Shown here: one piece after another, positions 17,943 to 25,644 of the stretch
How the letters are laid out: every line of letters begins with the position of its first letter
How positions within the stretch are numbered: the first letter of the stretch is position 1
Source of the DNA: Nitrosospira multiformis ATCC 25196
GTDB lineage: Bacteria > Pseudomonadota > Gammaproteobacteria > Burkholderiales > Nitrosomonadaceae
DNA length: 32,000 bases
Assembly (NCBI RefSeq): GCF_000196355.1
Contig: NC_007614.1
Coordinates: 1,560,001-1,592,000 of the forward strand
Direction of reading: 5' to 3'
Translations under genes and position numbers: made by a program
Notes under the pieces: generated by a model
The model's database searches: none
Told to the model about the DNA's origin: nothing
What the model saw: the letters and a program-made list of their open reading frames with translations, nothing else

Positions 17943-18234
17943 ATATGCAGTATGAAAACTTCAAACTTCACGTGGCCGGATCAATAGTATAAAAATATAC
18001 ACTACTAGTGAGGTGAGGCTCAGCAAAGGCTATGAGAAAAGCTCCAGCTTTTGTCTTTTGAGACCTGATGCACTGCATAACCCGTAATTCGATCTCGCGA
18101 TTACCGAGCAGTAATCCAGGGCTGTAGGTTGATTGCGATATTCCGCGGAAGGATGGGAAGGATATCAAGGATTGTTCATGATCTATTCCAGAAGCAGTCA
18201 TGGCAAACTTCTGTCTTCTGTCAGATACTTTCTG

Positions 18235-19341
18235 TCAGCCGGCCTTGCTCCGATTCCTGGATTTCTCGGATAACATCGTCACATAGGAAAACAGCAGTTC
18301 TTCCAGAAATAATCTTGGATTGAGCGGATGGCGGGCAAGCTGCTGCGTTTTATCCAGGGCGCGCAAATAAGTTGCCATTGAATACGGATCAAGCCCGGAT
18401 GCCAGGGGTTTTATTTGCGCGAGCATGTCCGGATGATAGCGGACCTTCTGCGCCATACGAAAACTCATCAGATCGTAGCACCACTTTTGCAGCCAGCTGA
18501 CCACCATGACAAGGTCCGATTTCTGCATTTCCTCTGCCCGTGCCAGCACGTCGAAACCTGATGGAGTGCTGATTTGCTGGATGAAAGCGCTGTGCCGCAC
18601 AAGATAATCTTCATTCGCGAATTCCAGTGCGGTCAGGGGAGCATAGCCAGCCGAGGCCAGGCATCTTTCGGGGGCTTTGACACCCTGCTGTTTTAACCAC
18701 AGTGCTGCGGAGGCTGCATCGGGGGCGGGCATGATGATCTGGCGGCAACGGCTGCGGATCGTCGGCAATAAATACTGTGCCTGATGCGTTATCAGTATGA
18801 ACAACGTTTGGAGCGGCGGTTCTTCCAGATTCTTCAGAAGGGCACTGGCAGCAGCCGTACTCATGGTTTCCGCCGGATGGATCAGGATGATCTTATAGCC
18901 GTTCTGATGGCTGGTGATATTGACGAAGTCGCCTAGCTCCCGTATTTGCGAGATACTTATCTGTCTGCTGGGTTTTTTTGTGGACTTGCCACTGCCGCTG
19001 AGCTGATTCACTGCCCGGGGAAGAGATTGAACTTCTGCCTCATCTCCGGTTTCCACACCCTCCTCCCCGGCTCCTTCCCCCGAGACAGACGTTGCCGTGG
19101 CCGCTTCGGGCTCGACAAGGCAGAAATCGGGGTGATTGCCTTGCTCAAACCAGTGGCAGCTCGCACAGACCTCGCACGCCTTTCCTTCGACGGAGCGATT
19201 TTCACAGAGTCTGGACTTCGCCAGATAGCGGGCAAATGCAAGCTTGCCCAGTCCCTTTCTGCCTCGTAACAGCAGGGCGTGCCCCAACGCGCCCGTAAGT
19301 TTCCGCCAGACTTCTTCCTGCCATCCATAAATATTACTCAT
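18235..19341 (-). CDS. holB: DNA polymerase III subunit delta'
   Basis: [27 protein letters not shown]...[21 protein letters not shown]...[12 protein letters not shown]...[50 protein letters not shown]. The ATG overlaps the tmk stop (ATGA). Confidence 0.95.
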   Translation of the reverse strand: MSNIYGWQEEVWRKLTGALGHALLLRGRKGLGKLAFARYLAKSRLCENRSVEGKACEVCASCHWFEQGNHPDFCLVEPEAATATSVSGEGAGEEGVETGDEAEVQSLPRAVNQLSGSGKSTKKPSRQISISQIRELGDFVNITSHQNGYKIILIHPAETMSTAAASALLKNLEEPPLQTLFILITHQAQYLLPTIRSRCRQIIMPAPDAASAALWLKQQGVKAPERCLASAGYAPLTALEFANEDYLVRHSAFIQQISTPSGFDVLARAEEMQKSDLVMVVSWLQKWCYDLMSFRMAQKVRYHPDMLAQIKPLASGLDPYSMATYLRALDKTQQLARHPLNPRLFLEELLFSYVTMLSEKSRNRSKAG

Positions 19342-19955
19342 GCGTAAATCGTTGCAATACTTTTTTCAACTGACCGCCTGACATCTTCCAGGGACTGGTT
19401 GGCATCTATCACCCGTATTCTTTCAGGGAATTCTTTTGCCCGCTCCAGATACGCTTCTCGTACTCTCCGGAAAAATTCATCCTGTTCTTTTTCAAACCGG
19501 TCTGCCTGCCTGATGTTGCTGGTTCGCTGCCTTCCCGATGCGATAGACACATCGAGATAAAGGGTAACATCCGGCTGAAACTCTCCCTGCACCCAGCATT
19601 CGAGTTCATTCAATTTCTGCAGGGATAATCCCCTTCCGCCACCCTGATAGGCAAAGCTGGCATCGGTGAAACGGTCCGATATTACCCACTCGCCACGGCT
19701 CAAGGCAGGCAGGATGACCTTGTCCAGATGTTCGCGCCGTGCTGCGAACATCAGCAGCGCCTCGGTTTCCGCATGCATTGTTTGCCGGCTGTCCAGCAGG
19801 ATGTCGCGCAATGCTTCCCCCAAGGGAGTGCCGCCGGGTTCCCGCGTGACCATCACATTTTTTCCTCTTTCCTTCAGGAAATACTCCAGCCACCGGAGAT
19901 GCGTCGTCTTACCCGCACCGTCAATGCCTTCCAGAGTGATGAATTTGCCCCTCAT
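19338..19955 (-). CDS. tmk: Thymidylate kinase
   Basis: [31 protein letters not shown]...[20 protein letters not shown]...[19 protein letters not shown]. Confidence 0.97.
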   Translation of the reverse strand: MRGKFITLEGIDGAGKTTHLRWLEYFLKERGKNVMVTREPGGTPLGEALRDILLDSRQTMHAETEALLMFAARREHLDKVILPALSRGEWVISDRFTDASFAYQGGGRGLSLQKLNELECWVQGEFQPDVTLYLDVSIASGRQRTSNIRQADRFEKEQDEFFRRVREAYLERAKEFPERIRVIDANQSLEDVRRSVEKSIATIYA

Positions 19956-20215
19956 ATTTGATGTCGTTCCTGAAAATTACCATATTGGCAATGCCATTGG
20001 CTCGTAAGCCGGAAAGAAGCATACCGGACAGAGTCTGCGTCAAGGCGAGTTTAACTTATACTTATGGAAGGGAGTAGTTACCCTGTTTGGCCGGGCTGGA
20101 AAAAAGAAACCATACGCTGAACATGCCGGATATGGGTAAGCGTTATACTGTTTCGCAGGATGTACAAAACACACACAGAAAACGCAAATACAAAAGGCGA
20201 TCAGGAGTTCATTTC

Positions 20216-20962
20216 ATGACTGATGATACAGGAAGCTTATTCGCACGCTGGGCACTTTTATTTGCATTGATGCCCGGCATCTTGATTCCAGGTGTTTCCA
20301 GCGCTGCTGCCCAGCCGGCGGAACGAAATCGGCAGGACAGACCGGCACCGGACACGACTGAGTCTGCTTCGCTTCCGCGGGGGCAGCCATTGACTGAATT
20401 CGAGAAGATGCAATTGCATCATCGGCGTTATAGTGCTGCTGCAAATAACATGGCGCATTTGTTCAAGCTGTTGAATCAAAAAATCCAGGAAGTATCTCTG
20501 GCAGCAAAGACCGTCGAAGCCAAGGACAATTCCCATAACAGGCGCCAGCTGGAAATCCGGTTACAGCAACTGGAAAGTGCCCGCGTGGCCTATGGCGTTC
20601 AATATTTGCAACTGCAAGCACAGATGCAGAACGAATATCGCAATTATGCTGCCCTCAGCAACGATCTGAAGGCAAAGCATGACGGGCCCGCAAGGAGCCG
20701 GGGAGAGAGTGCCGGAGATACCGGCAGTGCGAAGGCGAAACCCGGCGTGAGTAAATCGGCTAAAGCCAAGAGTATGGAAGATAAGGATACAGGGAGTGAT
20801 GCAAAGGCAAAAGAATCGCCAATCGAGGAGCAGTTTGCCACCGATTCACCTGCAAGGGATCCGCGCATCCTGGATCTGGATACCAAGGAAGTCAGAGCCA
20901 GGCGCGAAGGGCGCTCGACCGAATCTTCAGGGAGTTCCTTGCCCGCTCCGGGACAGCCATGA
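20216..20962 (+). CDS. Hypothetical exported protein with central coiled coil and charged, low-complexity C-terminus
   Basis: The ORF track starts at 20087, but ATG 20216 follows a CAGGAG site and begins a signal-peptide-like MTDDTGSLFARWALLFALMPGILIPGVSSAAAQ. Confidence 0.6.
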   Translation: MTDDTGSLFARWALLFALMPGILIPGVSSAAAQPAERNRQDRPAPDTTESASLPRGQPLTEFEKMQLHHRRYSAAANNMAHLFKLLNQKIQEVSLAAKTVEAKDNSHNRRQLEIRLQQLESARVAYGVQYLQLQAQMQNEYRNYAALSNDLKAKHDGPARSRGESAGDTGSAKAKPGVSKSAKAKSMEDKDTGSDAKAKESPIEEQFATDSPARDPRILDLDTKEVRARREGRSTESSGSSLPAPGQP

Positions 20963-21008
20963 GCGGGACGGTTGTGCAACGGCCTGCTCATCGCTTGTCC
21001 CATACACT

Positions 21009-21536
21009 TCAAGGGGCTGCTGTCCTGGGCACTCCTCCAAGCGCTTCCTTTAACCGCTGCTCCTGGTCTCGTGAGAGATTGGTGCTCAAAACCTTGCCCT
21101 TGAACTCGGCGAGTTCAGCCAGGATTTTTTCCGGATCCACTTTTCGCACCAGGATGAAGAGCGCTGACGAATTAAGGGGGACGGTTTCACCTAATGACTT
21201 GATGAAATCATCCGGAATACCATAATCCGTAAGAGAACCGGACAGCGCTCCCGCACCTGCTCCAATCATGCTTCCGATGAGTAACCCGGCTATCGGGTTA
21301 AGGAAAAGCATTCCGACAAAAGTCCCCAGAAGCCCGCCGGACAGCAGACCGGCAGACGTATCATAGTGGGTAAGATTTATACTTTGCTTGAGGTTTATCT
21401 CACCCTGTTCGTCACGAACGACGACCACAGCATCCTCAAGATCAATCAGATGCTGTCTTTTCAGCGACCTGAGCCGCCACAGAACTTCCTCTGCTTTTTG
21501 CGGGTTTTCAAATCCTATTACCACCAGATCCGACAT
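21009..21536 (-). CDS. DUF1269-type membrane-associated protein
   Basis: MSDLVVIGFENPQKAEEVLWRLRSLKRQHLIDLEDAVVVVRDEQG...GLLSGGLLGTFVGMLFLNPIAGLLIGSMIGAGAGALSGSLTDYGIPDDFIKSLGETV. Start chosen at 21536 after an AAAGGAGG site. Confidence 0.88.
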   Translation of the reverse strand: MSDLVVIGFENPQKAEEVLWRLRSLKRQHLIDLEDAVVVVRDEQGEINLKQSINLTHYDTSAGLLSGGLLGTFVGMLFLNPIAGLLIGSMIGAGAGALSGSLTDYGIPDDFIKSLGETVPLNSSALFILVRKVDPEKILAELAEFKGKVLSTNLSRDQEQRLKEALGGVPRTAAP

Positions 21537-21953
21537 GGTGCCTCCTTTCAATCGCATTTGTATACTTACTACCTATGATACTGCATGGACCGCTTGGTTT
21601 CCCAGGTATCAAGCAAGTCGTGATCGTAAAGAATTTCTCCAGATTCTTCTTCCCCGTCCTGACAGAATTCCAGATTGGCGGCATGAGCCGGTGCTGAAGA
21701 TGCCAAAAAAACAGGCTGAAATTTAACGAATTCTTTATATAATTAAAACAGTTTCATCACACGACTTGTGTTAAATCGAATTGAGTCCCAGAAAATGATA
21801 GATCTGTGGCGGTGAGTTTATGTATTGTTGTATCCGACTCGCCGGGCCACTTCTATTCCGAAGAGGAACAGGAGACAGATAAGGGGCAAAGAGGGACAGA
21901 AGCTGACTGCGTGGCACTGAAATTCTTTCTATTAATATTTTAGGGGAAATATC

Positions 21954-23093
21954 ATGCGACAGATTCGATCCTATTTGCCTTCACTTGCAGCAACAGCAGG
22001 CGTCATGGCGTCCCTGCTGGCCATTCCTGCCGGGGCGGTTACATTCACACCCACCAATCTTGTGACTGATGATCCGCTTGCTCATGCCGCCCAGATTACC
22101 GATACCGGTCTCAAGAATGCATGGGGAATGTCCTATGCTCCTGGCGGCCCCTTCTGGGTCTCTTCCACTGATGGCGGAACAGTCCGTCTGTATGGTGTGA
22201 ATCCAGCAACACAAGCCGCCGTCCAGCGACCCTTGACTGTTTCCATCCCGGGTGAGGGTAGCGTGACGGGGCAGGTATTCAACAGTACATCATCATTTGG
22301 GGACAATCGCTTTCTGTTCGTAAGCGAAGATGGCACAGTTTCAGGCTGGCGCCCCACCCTGGGTACGACGGGTTTGATACCGGCAGAGACATTGGTGCCG
22401 GCATCTCCGAACAACAGCTATAAAGGTGCAGCTATCGGCAACACCGGGGGGCACGATTATCTTTACGCGGCCAACTTCAAAGCGGGGACAGTGGATGTTC
22501 ACAAGGGAGATGCGGGGGCGCCCTCACTGTCCGGTTCGTTTACCGATCCCGGTCTTCCCAGTGGATACGCCCCTTTCAATGTCCAGAATCTCAACGGATC
22601 GCTGTATGTGACCTATGCCCTGCAGAATGCAGCCAGGGATGACGAAGTAGCCGGGGCGGGACTGGGTTTTGTCGACCAATACACGTTGAACGGCGATTTC
22701 GTTGCGCGGGTTGCATCCGGCGGAACCTTGAATGCACCATGGGGATTGGCTGTAGCGCCTTCTTCGTTTGGTTCTGCTGCCGGTGATCTCCTGGTAGGGA
22801 ATTTCGGTGATGGCCATATCAATATCTACGACCCCAATACGCATACTTTTCTGGGCCAGGTGCTCGATGCCAACAATCATCCCGTAGTGATTGACGGGTT
22901 GTGGTCCATTTCACCGGGCAACGATACCCTCGCAGGCAGCAGTCATCTGCTGTACTTCACGGCGGGACCGGACGACGAAGCCCATGGTTTGGTTGGTGTC
23001 CTCACACCCGTCCCCGAGCCTTCCGCTTACGCAATGATGCTGGCGGGAATGGGTGCATTGATGCTGCTGATCAGGCGCCGCACACCGGGATGA
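21954..23093 (+). CDS. TIGR03118-like protein with PEP-CTERM sorting signal
   Basis: Signal peptide; NLVTDDPLAHAAQITDTGLKNAWGMSYAPGGPFWVSSTDGGTVRLY...; C-terminal VPEPSAYAMMLAGMGALMLLIRRR. Confidence 0.92.
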   Translation: MRQIRSYLPSLAATAGVMASLLAIPAGAVTFTPTNLVTDDPLAHAAQITDTGLKNAWGMSYAPGGPFWVSSTDGGTVRLYGVNPATQAAVQRPLTVSIPGEGSVTGQVFNSTSSFGDNRFLFVSEDGTVSGWRPTLGTTGLIPAETLVPASPNNSYKGAAIGNTGGHDYLYAANFKAGTVDVHKGDAGAPSLSGSFTDPGLPSGYAPFNVQNLNGSLYVTYALQNAARDDEVAGAGLGFVDQYTLNGDFVARVASGGTLNAPWGLAVAPSSFGSAAGDLLVGNFGDGHINIYDPNTHTFLGQVLDANNHPVVIDGLWSISPGNDTLAGSSHLLYFTAGPDDEAHGLVGVLTPVPEPSAYAMMLAGMGALMLLIRRRTPG

Positions 23094-23217
23094 CGTTTTA
23101 ATGAATGGAGGGATCACGGCGCCTCAATTTCATACACTTTATTCTTGACTTTATTTGTAACAGTTTTATCATATAAGCCGTTGGACAAGTGATCCCTCCT
23201 TTGTAAGTGGAAACTTT

Positions 23218-23251
23218 AAACCCGAAGTCGATAACGTCTTCGGGTTTTTTT
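23218..23251 (+). terminator. Rho-independent terminator
   Basis: AAACCCGAAG-TCGATAACGT-CTTCGGGTTT followed by a T tract (stem 10 bp, loop 10 nt). Confidence 0.88.
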
Positions 23252-23398
23252 ATACTCCGGAAGTTGATCTGTTCCGGTCAATTTGCCCCTGCTGGCCATG
23301 GACTCCCCGGAATGCGGGAGACCGATACCTTTTTACGAGATCCTTGCTCCTTTTCAGAAATCCTGGATAGCAATAATTCAATGCTTGGCTTGGGTTTG

Positions 23399-23563
23399 TT
23401 ATCTGTTGTGTCCGAGGACGAGGCCCGCGATTTCGATGCCGAGACCAAGAATGAAGAGAAGTGCGCCGATCCAGATATCTTCCGGCGCGAAGAACATCAG
23501 TATTCCGCCTAATATCATAAATGAGATAGATAAAATCCGTTTGGTGCGATTGCGAAGGGTCAT
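23399..23563 (-). CDS. Small (54 aa) putative membrane protein, not in the supplied ORF track
   Basis: Manual translation: MTLRNRTKRILSISFMILGGILMFFAPEDIWIGALLFILGLGIEIAGLVLGHNR*, with basic N-terminus and two hydrophobic helices. Confidence 0.65.
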   Translation of the reverse strand: MTLRNRTKRILSISFMILGGILMFFAPEDIWIGALLFILGLGIEIAGLVLGHNR

Positions 23564-23744
23564 GGCACACAGCCTTTTACAAGCAGATTCCGCTGAAGCA
23601 GTAGCGGCTATCCTTATATAGACAATATAACTATAGACCCTGGCCGCAAAAATACTGGAGAAGGAGCGTCCGGAGCTCGTATATATAGCCCCGGCTGAGT
23701 GGAATCCGGTTAAACGGGGCGCCGTTCATATCTATGAGGGTTGC

Positions 23745-25163
23745 TTATTTTGCCCTTCTTTCAAGCTCAAAGACCATCGAATCAGCAAGGGAGAGAAGTG
23801 GCTTTATGGCCTGATCAACCTTATCGGCAAGTACTGCAGGGGCGATGTTGTGCGCCAGGGAGGCCTGCAGCGCCTCATGCAGGCGGGTTGGTTTTTCAGT
23901 CGACAGGTGGTGGAGGTCGGCAGGAAGTCCCTGACGTAATAGACTATAGACCACAGCCGGTTCCATGCTGTAATGAAAACACCATTGATCATCCAGCCGA
24001 AGATAATTCAGGTGTTCCAGCGGAATGCCTGTCTTACCTCCAAGGAAACTTAAATCCTTATCGGTCAATTGGTGAACAGGCTCTCCCTCAATGAGCAGCT
24101 TCAGGGCCGTAATATATCGCTCATACTCGGACGGTCCCCGGAATTTTCCCGATTTGACCTCCAGATCGACCGCTTGCTGTAGCGGAGCATTGAATATGAT
24201 TTCTGAAGCTCCGATTTCGTCTCCTGTTTCCTTGCCTTCGCTATCGGCCGGTTCGAAAACGCGCACGATCAGATCCGCTTTGTCCTTCATCCGGAGCTTG
24301 TTTGTGCCATATGTAATCTGATAACTTCCTTCCGCATCCGTCATTGCCTGACCCAGCAATGTCTCCGCTCGCATGTCCCGATCAAATGCACGGACGAGGA
24401 GATGAGGAAGCGGGAAGTCATCCACTTGGCGAATTGTGCCCCGAACGATGCAAAGCGTTTTAACTGTAATATCGAGAAATTCCTGAACCGCAGCCGGATT
24501 CTTCCTTGCTTCAGCTACAATGTCGCCCTCCGGATCGAATACCCGCACAAACAGATCAGGGCCTATTCGTCCATTCGAGCGCCAGGCATAGTCGATACGG
24601 TAGAATCCATCCTCCTGAACCGCGCCCATAGCGCCGCACCGCACAAATGTATTGACCGAGAGCGCATCGAATGCGCAAACGGTAAAGCCCCTTGCGCACA
24701 GCGGCACTCCATCTTCCTGAAAAATCTGCCCGCCAACAGTATAAATCCTGGTCCGTGGAACATCCGGCCCGATGGTCACGGTGGCGATGGCCGAAAACTG
24801 ATTCCTCAGGTTTTCCGCCTGATCCTGCGACAGCTCTTCAATCGTAAAACCACGTTCCCACAAGATCCGGGAAAAATCATTCTGTTTGCGGGAAACGGGC
24901 ATCATCAGATCGAACAGCGCGCGCAGTTCCCCGTCGGTGACGAAAATACGCACCGAGTTGTCTATAACCCTGCCCTCCAGGTAATTTATACCTGCAAGCG
25001 CTCGCTGCACATTCTCTATTTCGCCAGAATTCAACCTTTCCAGCAATATGCCCTGCTCCAGGATGTGCTGGCGCAGATTTTTGAAGCCTTTAACGAAGCT
25101 GAACAGCTTTTGTAAAATGTCGAATTTCTTGTCTGGCTGGCTGAACTGGATGGTGGCTCGCAT
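23745..25163 (-). CDS. TcA N-terminal-like protein: transthyretin/CarboxypepD_reg-like repeats plus VRP1-like helical segment
   Basis: Two beta-sandwich-like repeats (YTVGGQIFQEDGVPLCARGFTVCAFD...YRIDYAW...DLFVRVFD and CIVRGTIRQVDDFPLPHLLVRAFDRDMRAETLLGQAMTDAEGSYQITY...DLIVRVFEP...ASEIIFNAPLQQAVDL), then SEYERYITALKLLIEGEPVHQLTDKDLSFLGGKTGIPLEHLNYL...FHYSMEPAVVYSLLRQGLPADLHHL, an arrangement recalled from N-termini of large TcA-like/neuraminidase-like-domain proteins. Confidence 0.7.
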   Translation of the reverse strand: MRATIQFSQPDKKFDILQKLFSFVKGFKNLRQHILEQGILLERLNSGEIENVQRALAGINYLEGRVIDNSVRIFVTDGELRALFDLMMPVSRKQNDFSRILWERGFTIEELSQDQAENLRNQFSAIATVTIGPDVPRTRIYTVGGQIFQEDGVPLCARGFTVCAFDALSVNTFVRCGAMGAVQEDGFYRIDYAWRSNGRIGPDLFVRVFDPEGDIVAEARKNPAAVQEFLDITVKTLCIVRGTIRQVDDFPLPHLLVRAFDRDMRAETLLGQAMTDAEGSYQITYGTNKLRMKDKADLIVRVFEPADSEGKETGDEIGASEIIFNAPLQQAVDLEVKSGKFRGPSEYERYITALKLLIEGEPVHQLTDKDLSFLGGKTGIPLEHLNYLRLDDQWCFHYSMEPAVVYSLLRQGLPADLHHLSTEKPTRLHEALQASLAHNIAPAVLADKVDQAIKPLLSLADSMVFELERRAK

Positions 25164-25644
25164 GATGGTCGGTTTCTATGTCCGCTATCGGTATTTTTCA
25201 ACACTTGATCGGCCCACTCGGGGAAAGCAGTGAAGTGAGGGGGAACTCACATGCAGGATCTTTCTGATGTTCCTTGCTCCTGAAAACGATTTCCAGGCAT
25301 GGAAGACCTGTAAGAGCCGATGGAAAAACGATTCAGTACAGTGTACAGCAGTTTATGTACCCAGGGCTTCGAATATCTCCTGTTGCTGCAACATTATGCT
25401 CTCGCATCAAATGAATAATCTTCCCATCATTAAACATAGCTGATGGGCATCAGAAATCAAGCTTTTTGTTACTTGTGCATCCAAAACTGAAGCTTATACA
25501 TGTCTTATCGGTATCCGTAATATTTGCGGATGAGGTGAGGGCAACCAGCCCATAACCTTCGTTATTGATGGGCTGCGCTTTGCTTCACCTATTCTACGAA
25601 AACACATCTGAAAATCAGAAAAACAGATCAATTGATTTAATGTC

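Noticed and set aside
18037-18052. AAAAGCTCCAGCTTTT hairpin as a terminator between holB and the IS630 remnant
   Set aside because: Only a 6-bp AT-rich stem with a 4-nt loop and weak T tract; not convincing as an intrinsic terminator.
23250-23621. 106-aa minus and 112-aa plus ORFs
   Set aside because: Both overlap the 54-aa membrane protein frame; their translations are R/P/S-rich and lack features, so the smaller ORF is preferred.
24402-25115. 237-aa plus-strand ORF
   Set aside because: Antisense to the 472-aa TcA-N-like gene, which has clear repeat structure; the plus reading lacks recognisable motifs.
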